64,000 nucleotides of DNA, from NCBI GenBank assembly GCA_950097015.1, contig CATNEN010000007.1:2976001-3040000 (forward strand), read 5' to 3'. Source of the DNA: Macrostomum hystrix (taxonomy: Eukaryota > Animalia > Platyhelminthes). Position numbers and translations under genes: made by a program. The notes below the pieces were generated by a model. That model made no database searches. It had not been told where the DNA came from and worked only from the letters and a program-made list of their open reading frames with translations. Numbering within the stretch: the stretch's first letter is position 1; every line of letters starts with the position of its first letter. Positions 13,601 to 24,600 of this stretch are shown in pieces.

Positions 13601-15696
13601 AGAAATACGGCAATATTTGAACGCTGTAACAGAAAGATATCACAAAATGTTTCACTTCCGGATTGCCCAGGCTAGCGTGAAGCCAAATGAGCAAGTCTGG
13701 GCGACCCAGCACCCCGCGAGATCACTGTTAGCTTGCAAGTGCCACTTCGATGCAAAACATCACCACTTGAACTTAAAAATTATAAATAGAACTAGACCGT
13801 ATATTCTTAATAAAAGTTTATTTTCTCTCGCGCCAATTTGAACTGCAGATCCTGCTGACCTCGCCGAAGCTCCGTCAGCACCAGCTGGGTCTCAACGGAG
13901 CGTCCGCTAGCGATGCTCAGGCAGCCGCCGCCGCAGCCGCAGCCGCAGCCGCAGCCGCCGCCGCTGCGGGCCTGCCATTCCCAGCCGGACTGCCGCTGTT
14001 TCCATTCCGCTGCCTGCCGCAGCCTCCACCGCTGCCTCCGCTGCCGCCGCTGCCGACGCCTCTGGCACCGACAAACTCGACTGGGATCGTCTACCAGCAC
14101 GCGGATCACTCTCTGTCCGCTGCTTCTTCCGCGGCTTCAATGAGCCTCTCCAAGCAGCCGCAACCGCAGATGGAGCCGTTGGAGCTGACCAAGAAGAAGT
14201 CCTTTGCGACGTCTGTCACGGCCGCTATGGAGCGGGTTGTAGACGACTGCCCTGTGACCATGGACGTCGGCCTGCTGCAGCAGTCGTTTCTAGCCGGCAA
14301 CGGAGGCTTTGGTCGAGGCCAGGATCGCGAGGCAAAGACCACCTGCCACCTGTGCAGCAAGGTGTGCAGCTGCAGGAGCGCCCTGGAGATCCACATGCGC
14401 ACCCACACCAAGGAGAAGCCATTCCGCTGCGGCTACTGCGACAAGAGCTTCAGCACCAAGGGCAACATGCGCCAGCACGAGAACACCCACCGGCGGGCCG
14501 GCGGCGGCAACGCTCAGGCCGCCACATCGTCCTCCGCTGCTGGCAGCGCCAGCAACGCTGACGACTTCTCGCAGCCGCCAAACTCCGCCGACGATGAAGA
14601 CGAGGAAGAGGAAGAGTATAGAGACGAGCCAGTGGAGGACTCGGCGGCGGAGGAGGCTGCGGCTGAGGAGAGCCAGGATGTTGTCATCGACGAGTCGGCG
14701 CGGGACGAAAATGAAAACGAGGAGCCAATTGTCGAGGACGAGGACGAGAACGATCAACGACAGGCCTACCGTCCGGAGCCAATTTCAACTCCGCCGGCAG
14801 TCATCGCTGAGTCGGACGCCACCACATCGACTCCGTTGGTGCCTCAGCTGCCGCCGGTGCCGCAGCTGCCGCCACCGCCAGCTCCGCAGCATCAGCCGCC
14901 ATCGCAGACGCCTCAGCCGACTAAGATCAAGCGGATTTGCGAGTACTGCGGCAAGGAGTGCCCGACAAAATCGGCGCTGGACATTCACCTGCGCTCCCAC
15001 ACGGGCGAGAAGCCCTACCAATGCCCGCGCTGCCACAAGAAGTTCAGCACGCAGGGCAACATGCAGGCCCATGTCAAGCGGCACTGCCCCGAGACCAGGA
15101 ATGAGCGCGCCACAATGGTCAGTGCGGCAGCCGCTGCGGCAGCAGCAGCGGCAGCAGCTGCTGCGGATCATCACCGACACAAAGCTGGGCCCCAGCAGCA
15201 ACAGCAGCAGCAGTCGACGCAGCCGTTGCAGCCCTCCCAGGCGTCGCACTTTGCTCCTGTTTCATCCGCCGCTGCCGCAGCCGCAGCCGCCGCAGCAGCG
15301 GCCGCAGCATTCCATCACCATCACCACCCGATGATCGACTTCCCGCCTCTGCCGCTGCACCCGCCGCCGCCGCCTCCCGCTGCCGCCTTCCTTGCTGGGT
15401 TTCTAGCCGGACCGCAGAAACAGCAGCAGCAGCAGCAGCAGTCGCACCCACAGATGACTCCATCGCATCTTCACTCGCATTCTCACCTCCATCATCACCC
15501 GTCCTTCCTGCCGCCATGGAGCCCGCTGGGCCCCTTCCCGGGTCCCCTGTTTCACTCTGGCCTGGACTTCAAACCGCCGGGACCGCTGCCGCTGCCGCCG
15601 CAGCAGCCACTCCAGCAGCAGCAGCAGCAGCACCAGCAGCACCTAACGGCGGCTCCTTCTTCAAGTGTGACCGGATCAGAAATGGGCGATGACTGA
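4553..15696 (+). CDS. SALL: Spalt/SALL-like C2H2 zinc-finger transcription factor, 4 coding exons: 4553-5294, 6915-7319, 11972-12258, 13849-15696 (start uncertain; an upstream exon is possible)
   Basis: Splice phases 1,1,0 all match (g|GTGAGT..GCAG|ac; g|GTGAGC..GCAG|ag; cag|GTAAAC..GCAG|atc). Three finger pairs carry SAL-box-like motifs: [80 protein letters not shown] and [48 protein letters not shown] precedes pair 1, as in Spalt proteins. Poly-Q/A/P tracts. Confidence 0.85.
4601..4675 (+). repeat. Pure (CAG)25 coding polyglutamine tract in SALL exon
   Basis: 75 nt of uninterrupted CAG, in frame. Confidence 0.95.
6539..6790 (+). mobile_element. tRNA-derived SINE in SALL intron 1
   Basis: A box TGGCAGAGTGGTTAACGCG, B box GTTCGATTCC, body shared with the other copies, TTA-rich tail. 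Confidence 0.88.
7725..8220. repeat. 18-bp minisatellite (CTCAAATCCCACAAACTC)n in SALL intron 2
   Basis: Tandem units; degenerate copies extend left to ~7600. Confidence 0.97.
8979..9973. repeat. 16-bp minisatellite (GAATCTTCACTCCACC)n in SALL intron 2
   Basis: About 60 tandem units; source of the 332-aa repetitive ORF. Confidence 0.97.
12320..12377 (-). mobile_element. Internally deleted SINE 3'-end remnant
   Basis: TTGCAGAAGGGCTGCGGGCACTGGCA/GTTCTGCCCATTCCGCTGACTCC matches two segments of the SINE tail at 28838-28930. Confidence 0.6.
12378..13249. repeat. (CACACACT/CACACT)n microsatellite in SALL intron 3
   Basis: ~870 bp of CA-type repeat. Confidence 0.98.
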
Positions 15697-16949
15697 GCGG
15701 CGAATCGCAGGATTATATTGACTCATTGACCGAACCCGCCCCCATCTAATGATCTGCGGACTGGAGAAACTCTCGAGCAATCGGTTGCCATGCCAGTCAT
15801 GCGAGAGAATAAAATTGGGGGATCATTCGCCCCGACTCCCTCTCCTCCCAATCTCGCAAAGTTATTTTGAGTGGCGCGCCGAAGATGGGAATGAAAGAAA
15901 AAGCCTGCAAGAAAGGCAAAAGAGAGAAACAGAAGGGCGATAAGCCTTGGGAGGATGTGGCCAAAAAGCCATGGGAACAGGCATAGTCCAGAAGCCTTCT
16001 TAATTCCTTCATCTGCCCGTCCCCAGCCCCCACTTGGATGAGCAGTGGGGCATTCATCGTCAAAATTCACTCTGCCCGGCCTCTTAAGCATGCCCGCCCG
16101 CTTGAAAATGATGTCTCCTATAAAAAAGTGGCAGAAAAATCCCCGGGATTGGGGTGGCGATTTTTGAGCTAGAACCCCATCCAATTCTCCCATTAACCCG
16201 TTGAATTGCTGAATGTCTTCGATAGGACACGCCGGCGGGGGCCTATCAATAATTGCTCGTGCCAGCCCTCCCTTTAGCCAGATTTGCCATCCGAAATAAT
16301 AGGGAGCACTTGGTCATGTCTCGATTTGGCAAAAACTCGACTCAAAACTGTTTCCGTTGTCGCAGGTAGTTTCCATTAGACTTTGCTTTTTCATTTCTCA
16401 GTGTTCAGTTACTTGGTGATTTCCATGATTTTAAATTCATGCTTGTTTTTCATGTCTCACCTGATTATACTTTATTAAGACTTTTATTTATCAAGCGATT
16501 CGATCGATATTCAGTTAATTCAATTAGAAAACTCACCTTTATCTGTCCGTTTGTCTGTCCTCGCCTGTTGCTTGCGCACTTTTCGATTAGCACACCACGT
16601 GTTCTTGCAATGCACAGTTCTATATACTCGTATGACAGCACCCACTGTACATGCCTGACACCATAATCCCTAAATCACCGCTTACAGCTGCATATCTGAA
16701 GCTCGATGCGAAATCTGATCGGAATTCAATTATAAAATGCGTTTCTAGTTCATAGTGATTTATTTCATAGTCTGTCAAGTTTTTGGCACTAAAAATTATA
16801 TTTAACAAAAATTTAAATATTGTCTTCTTTGTTATTTTAACTAAACACTTCTTCACATACCTTGGCCAACTGAACAATCAGGTGCAGACACCCTGAGCAG
16901 CCTGGATGAAGACCTGAAGACCTTAGATGAGATGCTGACAACCCAAGTA

Positions 16950-18665
16950 ACAGGGATAAATACTTCACGGATAATAACAGGAATGAAGACTTCAGGGAGA
17001 ATAACAGGGATAAAGACTTCACGGAGAATAACAGGGATAAGGACTTCAGAGAGAATGACAGGGATAAAGACTTCAGAGAGAATGACAGGGATAAAGACTT
17101 CACGGAGAATGACAGGGATAAGGACTTCAGAGAGAATGACAGGGATAAAGACTTCAGGGAGAATAACAGGAATGAAGACTTCAGGGAGAATAACAGGAAT
17201 GAAGACTTCAGGGAGAATAACAGGGATAAAGACTTCAGGGAGAAAAACAGGGATAAAGACTTCAGAGAGAATGACAGGGATAAAGACTTCGGGGAGAATA
17301 ACAGGGATGAAGACTTCAGAGAGAATGACAGGGATAAAGACTTCAGAGAGAATGACAGGGATAAAGACTTCACGGAGAATAACAGGGATAAGGACTTCAG
17401 AGAGAATGACAGGGATAAAGACTTCAGAGAGAATGACAGGGATAAAGACTTCACGGAGAATGACAGGGATAAGGACTTCAGAGAGAATGACAGGGATAAA
17501 GACTTCAGGGAGAATAACAGGAATGAAGACTTCAGGGAGAATAACAGGAATGAAGACTTCAGGGAGAATAACAGGGATAAAGACTTCAGGGAGAAAAACA
17601 GGGATAAAGACTTCAGAGAGAATGACAGGGATAAAGACTTCGGGGAGAATAACAGGGATGAAGACTTCAGAGAGAATGACAGGGATAAATACTTCACGGA
17701 TAATAACAGGAATGAAGACTTCAGGGAGAATAACAGGGATGAAGACTTGAGGGAGAATAACAGGGATGAAGACTTCAGGGAGAATAACAGGGATAAAGAC
17801 TTCAGGGAGAATCACAGGGATGAAGACTTCACGGAGAATAACAGGGATAAGGACTTCAGAGAGAATGACAGGGATAAAGACTTCAGAGAGAATGACAGGG
17901 ATAAAGACTTCAGGGAGAATAACAGGGATAAAGACTTCAGGGAGAATAACAGGGATGAAGACTTGAGGGAGAATAACAGGGATGAAAACTTCAGGGAAAA
18001 TAACAGGGATGAAGACTTCAGGGAGAATAACACGAATGAAGACTTCAGGGAGAATGACAGGGATAAAGACTTCGGGGAGAACAACAGGGATAAAGACTTC
18101 AGGGAGAATAACAGGAATAAAGACTTCAGGGAGAATAACAGGGATGAAGACTTCAGGGAGAATAACAGGGATGAAGACTTCAGGGAGAATCACAGGGGTG
18201 AAGACTTCAGGGAGAATAACAGGGATGAAGACTTCAGGGAGAATAACAGGGATAAGGACTTCAGAGAGAATGACAGGGATAAAGACTTCAGAGAGAATGA
18301 CAGGGATAAAGACTTCAGGGAGAATAACAGGGATAAAGACTTCAGGGAGAATAACAGGGATGAAGACTTGAGGGAGAATAACAGGGATGAAAACTTCAGG
18401 GAAAATAACAGGGATGAAGACTTCAGGGAGAATAACACGAATGAAGACTTCAGGGAGAATGACAGGGATAAAGACTTCAGGGAGAATAACAGGGATAAAG
18501 ACTTCAGGGAGAATAACAGGGATGAAGACTTCAGGGAGAATGACAGGGATGAAGACTTCAGGGAGAACAACAGGGATAAAGACTTCAGGGAGAATAACAG
18601 GAATAAAGACTTCAGGGAGAATAACAGGGATGAAAACTTCAGGGAGAATAACAGGGGTGAAGACG
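16950..18665. repeat. 27-bp tandem array (GAGAATAACAGGGATAAAGACTTCAGG)n, no visible indels; possibly coding (ENNRDKDFR)n
   Basis: About 63 units in 27-bp register; a rare variant recurs 729 bp (27x27) apart; + frame open 16931-18721. Confidence 0.95.
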
Positions 18666-19699
18666 TCAGGGTTGAACAATTCGAGTATAACAAGCCACTT
18701 GAGCTTGAAAACTTGTCTTAGCTTTAAAAAGCGGTTACCCTGAAGCGGGCCGTTAGCCCCAGACGCTGAAGGAAATAATGAAAAATGCCTGCTGAGAAAT
18801 GAAAAGCAGGCGCCGACATGTTTGGCGGCATGGAGACTGTGTCACCGTTTGGAAAACTGCTGATGGATTGATTGAAAGAATTTACATTAGAATATTTCTC
18901 GCATAGATTCATCACAGTTAACAAGCCTGCGGAGGCGGCGGCGGCAGCAAAAGAAGAGGGCCCAAGATGTGAGCATCCAGCCGGATTTCCTGAAGGGCAA
19001 CTCAAGTCCAATCAATCCTTCAAGCGAAAGAATCGATAAAAAAGCGAAAGACTGGGGCCGATATTATTATCGTGTTATGATTATGTATATACTCCGATGC
19101 GGTAAAGGTAATTTCCAATCAATTAAAAATATTGGGCCTAGGCCAATAGTGAATTAACAAAAGGCAATTGAGCAACGGCTACGATATCTTGCTCTTCTAG
19201 TTTTCCTTGACACAGCTGAGCAGCGGTGGACCTCGCGAAATTGATATATTTGGAGATTTAGTTTAAATTAATTTTCTTGCTCATAGAATTAAACAAGTGG
19301 ACACTGGGATGCATAGAACAGCTGAACTAGAAAAAACACCACAGAAAAACTGAAGCAAACAAACTGCACTACTTAAATAATTAACAAATGAGTAGCATGC
19401 TGAGGATATTGTGCTTCGAGATTTCAATGTACCTAAGTCGAGAGAGCCTGGAGGCTATTAAAACAAACAGCGAGTTAAAAAGCAGAACTAGCAATGCGAA
19501 ACTGTGAAACTTTCAACATGTGATGCTTTGTGCTGCAGTAAGAGACACAATAAACGCATTGTGGATTAAATAAAACTGTTGATGAAGCCGTTATAAACGA
19601 TCTATTTGAAATTTGTATTTTAATCTAGATTAATTAATCAATCTAGCTTTAAAGTCAAGTCCACGCAGCCAATTAAAAACAACAATTCTAGTCTAAACC

Positions 19700-21205
19700 C
19701 TAAGAGGGTGTTCTAATCCCAATCCAAGGAGGGTGTTTTAATCCCAATCCAAAGAGGGTGTTTTAATCCCAATCCAAAGAGGGTGTTTTAATCCCAATCC
19801 AAAGAGGGTGTTTTAATCCCAATCCAAAGAGGGTGTTTTAATCCCAATCCAAAGAGGGTGTTCTAATCCCAATCCAAAGAGGGTGTTCTAATCCCAATCC
19901 AAAGAGGGTGTTCTAATCCCAATCCAAAGAGGGTGTTCTAATCCCAATCCAAAGAGGGTGTTTTAATCCCAATCCAAAGAGGGTGTTCTAATCCCAATCC
20001 AAAGAGGGTGTTCTAATCCCAATCCAAAGAGGGTGTTCTAATCCCAATCCAAAGAGGGTGTTCTAATCACACTCCAAGGAGGTGTTCTAATCAGAATTTA
20101 AAGTGGGTGTTCTAATCCTAATTTAAAGAGGGTGTTCTAATCCCAATCCAAAGAGGGTGTTCTAAATTTAAAGAGGGTGTTCTAATCAGAATTTAAAGTG
20201 GGTGTTCTAATCCCAATCCAAAGAGGGTGTTCTAATCCCAACCCAAAGAGGTGTTCTAATCCCAATCCAAAGAGGTGTTCTAATCCCAACCCAAAGAGGT
20301 GTTCTAATCCCAATCCAAAGAGGGTGTTTTAATCCCAATCCAAAGAGGGTGTTTTAATCCCAATCCAAAGAGGGTGTTTTAATCCCAATCCAAAGAGGTG
20401 TTCTAATCCCAATCCAAAGAGGGTGTTCTAATCCCAATCCAAAGAGGGTGTTCTAATCCCAATCCAAAGAGGGTGTTCTAATCCCAATCCAAAGAGGGTG
20501 TTTTAATCCCAATCCAAAGAGGGTGTTCTAATCCCAATCCAAAGAGGGTGTTCTAATCCCAATCCAAAGAGGGTGTTCTAATCCCAATCCAAAGAGGGTG
20601 TTCTAATCACACTCCAAGGAGGTGTTCTAATCAGAATTTAAAGTGGGTGTTCTAATCCTAATTTAAAGAGGGTGTTCTAATCCCAATCCAAAGAGGGTGT
20701 TCTAAATTTAAAGAGGGTGTTCTAATCAGAATTTAAAGTGGGTGTTCTAATCCCAATCCAAAGAGGGTGTTCTAATCCCAACCCAAAGAGGTGTTCTAAT
20801 CCCAATCCAAAGAGGTGTTCTAATCCCAACCCAAAGAGGTGTTCTAATCCCAATCCAAAGAGGTGTTCTAATCCCAATCCAAAGAGGGTGTTCTAATCCC
20901 AATCCAAAGAGGGTGTTCTAATCCCAATCCAAAGAGGGTGTTCTAATCCCAATCCAAAGAGGTGTTTTAATCCCAATCCAAAGAGGGTGTTCTAATCCCA
21001 ATCCAAAGAGGGTGTTCTAATCCCAATCCAAAGAGGGTGTTCTAATCCCAATCCAAAGAGGGTGTTCTAATCCCAATCCAAAGAGGTGTTTTAATCCCAA
21101 TCCAAAGAGGGTGTTCTAATCCCAATCCAAAGAGGGTGTTCTAATCCCAATGCAAAGAGGTGTTCTAATCCCAATCCAAAGAGGGTGTTCTAATCCCAAT
21201 CCATT
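19700..21205. repeat. 25-bp minisatellite (CTAATCCCAATCCAAAGAGGGTGTT)n with a 540-bp higher-order duplication
   Basis: Tandem units; variant block CACACTCCAAGG at 20068 and 20608. Confidence 0.97.
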
Positions 21206-21481
21206 GGGCATTCTAATATCTATCCTATCCACAGAGAGTGTCACAGCTATATTCAAAAGTTGTGCAGAGATGAATGCCGTTCAAAGAGTGTTGCAATTGC
21301 AATTGCGAATAAATTAGTAAAAAACGGTAAGCAGAATGTAAAAAAACAGAAAAAACGCAATTAAAGCCACTAAAAGCAATAATAACAGGATTGGAGAACA
21401 GGTATATTGTTAGTGCGATTAGAAAATTGTAGGGCGAAATAAACAATATAAGTGTCATTATCAAGCGGCAATTTGTATTGC

Positions 21482-21482
<1 letters not shown>

Positions 21483-21530
<48 letters not shown>
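21483..21530. repeat. (AAT)n microsatellite
   Basis: About 16 AAT units. Confidence 0.95.
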
Positions 21531-21531
<1 letters not shown>

Positions 21532-21698
21532 TTAACAAAAGCAAGCCAGTGCATAGTGGCGATAGGAATAAGAAACAGAAGCACACTTAGACTTTGCAGA
21601 CTTTTAAATAGCTTGCACATAACATATAAACAGAATGAGTTATTAGACCATTAATGAGTTCCTCAATATTAGACTTTCGATAAAAACACAAGCAGGGC

Positions 21699-24600
21699 TT
21701 ACAACTGATTTAGGGACAGCTCAATCTTCAGGGCGTCCCTAAGCAGGTGATCGCGCAGGTTACACAGAGCGCTGGTCAATTCCGCTTGGCTCTGCTGCTG
21801 CTGCTGCTGCTGCTGCTCCCTGCGCAGGTAACTGGGAGCACCAATGAATGAGTCGTGCAATTGCTGAGTGACACCGGCCGCTCTGCAGTTATTCCGGGCG
21901 GGCGTGGCTTGCTTATCCCAGTCGCTCAGGTAGGGACTGTTTGAGCGCAGTCTCTCGATGTAGCTGCAACAATGGATTTGAGACATCAAGTGAGCACAGG
22001 TGAGCAGTTAATTAGGTGAGCGGATTGATTTACTCACCGCTTATAGATTTCGCTGTGCAGAGCTCTGGTTGTCTTGGGCGGCACGGCAACAAAGATTGGC
22101 ACCTGTGGCGGCGGAGGCGGCGGCACATGCTGCTGCTGCTGCTGCTGCATGGACAGCATTGGCTGCTGCTGATGCTGATGCGGTCCCATGCCATTAACTG
22201 GTGGACGCTGCAGTTGCATTGGATGCTGCTGCTGCTGGGGAGCGGCAACCTGATAAAACGTGACGCCTGGCTGCTGCTGCTGCTGTGGGTATCCCATTTG
22301 CGGATACATGGGGGCCTGGCCAATAAACTGCTGCTGCTGCTGCTGGTACTGATAAGGCTGCATGGGGTACTGGGGAAAATGCTGACCGAATGGCTGCAGC
22401 GGCGGCTGCTGCTGCTGTTGCTGATAGAGCGACTGTGGAGGCGGCGGCGGCGACTGGTGACTCGAAGCCGCCTGCTCCGCTTCCATCTTGGCTCGAGCAT
22501 CGGCGGCCTTGCGCTCGTAGATGTCTTTCTCGGCCTGGGGCAGCTTGCGCCACTGAGAGAGTGAAAGGAGAAAGTGACTTTAGGCTTCAGCACATGAGAT
22601 CTGTAAGATCCCATAGGTTGCATGCTCAAGATCCCATAGTTTTAGTGCTCAAGATCCCATAGGTTTAGTGCTCAAGATCCCATAGGTTAAATGCTCAAGA
22701 TCCCATAGGTTTAGTGCTCAAGATCCCATAGGTTGCATGCTCAAGATCCCATAGGTTTAGTGCTCAAGATCCCACAGGTTTAGTGCTCAAGATCCAACAG
22801 GTTTAGTGCTCAAGATCCCGTAGGTTGCATGCTCAGAATCTCATAGGAGGCATGCTCAAGATCCCATAGGTTTAGTGCTCAAGATCCCATATGTTAAGTG
22901 CTCAAGATCCAACAGGTTTAGTGCTCAAGATCCCATAGGTTTAGTGCTCAAGATCCCATAGGTTTAGTGCTCAAGATCCAACAGGTTTAGTGCTCAAGAT
23001 CCAACAGGTTTAGTGCTCAAGATCCCATAGGTTTAGTGCTCAAGATCCAACAGGTTTAGTGCTCAAGATCCCATAGGTTGCATGCTCAGGATCTCATAGG
23101 AGGCATGCTCAAGATCCCATAGGTTGCATGCTCAGGATCTCATAGGAGGCATGCTCAAGATCCCATAGGTTGCATGCTCAAGATCTCATAGGTTGCATGC
23201 TCCCATAAGTTTTACCCTAAGTAGATTCTCAAGTAGTTTCCATGACAATTTCACAAACGCAAGCAGTCCGCCAATCCCTGGCACCCGCGCTCACCATCTG
23301 GCCGACCTCGCGGCTGATGTCGCCGAAACCTGCGCCCTCGTTCTCCAGCATGATTCGCTTGCGCACCTCGCTGGCGTAGACAACGTAGCCGCTTGGGCAC
23401 TTCTTGCCGCTCTTCTTCTGCAAGGTAAGCAAGGAAGAATATATGGACTAGGAATTACCTGTCTCCCAGACATGCCAGCATTCTCCCCTCTGATATCCCG
23501 AATCCCAAATATGAAATAAAGCCAAAAAATCCAAATCCAAATCATGAGTTTGATCTCAATATCACAGATATTAGGATATTGGGATCTGGATTAGGATTTT
23601 AATCAAATCCTGAATCTCAAATCCGAAACAAAATATCCGAATCCTGAATCCCAAATCCGAAACAAAATATCTGAATCCTAAATCCCAAATCCGAAACAAA
23701 ATTGTCTAAATCCCGAATTCCGAAACCGAAAAAAATGGCAGAATTCGGAATCCCGAATCCGAAACAAAAATGACGAATCCTGAAAACCCAAATCCGAAAC
23801 AAAAAAGACGAATCCTGAATCCCAAATCCGAAACAAAATATCTGAATCCTGAATCCCAAATCCGAAACAAAATATCGGAATCCTGAATCCCAAATCCGAA
23901 ACAAAAAATCTTAATCTGGAATCTCAAATCCGAAACAAAATATCTGAATCATGAATCTTAAATGCACAACCTACAAAACTAGAAAAAAATTAAAAATCTT
24001 AAGTGAAAATTTCGAAAGAAAAACTTTCATCTCAATATCCCTAACCCGAAAGAAGAAACCAGGAAATCAGGATAGGAAAAATCCCAATCGAGAAATCCAA
24101 GGCGGAAACTCACCGAGGTAGCGGGCCGACCCCGGCCGCCCTGCGGTGTGCCCGGCGCCACCGGAGCCTCGTCCATCGTGGTGCTAGTCGACAGACTGTC
24201 CCTAGTGTTGTCGTCGTCGAAGTTGGACGAGCCGCCGCCGCCGGAGCCTCCCATGGCCGAAGCTCCGGTGGCTGACGAAGCAGTGAGCTGGTCCATGTCC
24301 AGCGGAGTCTGCGAGGCCTGGTACAGCAGCGGCGTGACCGACTTCTTGGGCACAATAGGCCGCTTGAAGTAGTACAGCTCGTCCTCGATAGTGCCCGGCT
24401 GGTTGGCGAATTTCTTCAGGCCCTTCTTCAGCTTGCGGATGGCCTTGTCGTCCAGGAAGTACTTGTTGTCGCACACGTACACGTCTGCCTCGGCGTACTC
24501 GGTTGGCCGACAGGCGGCGTAGTCGGCGGGTGAAAGGACGCAGCAGCGGCCCATCACGGAGGACAGCATGTGAGTCGAGTGCTCAACGCTGCACAGGAAG

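Noticed and set aside
13807-15642. Numerous overlapping alternative-frame and antisense ORFs in SALL, PBRM1, ZCCHC8 and retroelement exons
   Set aside because: Shadows of GC-rich coding sequence with no independent domain motifs
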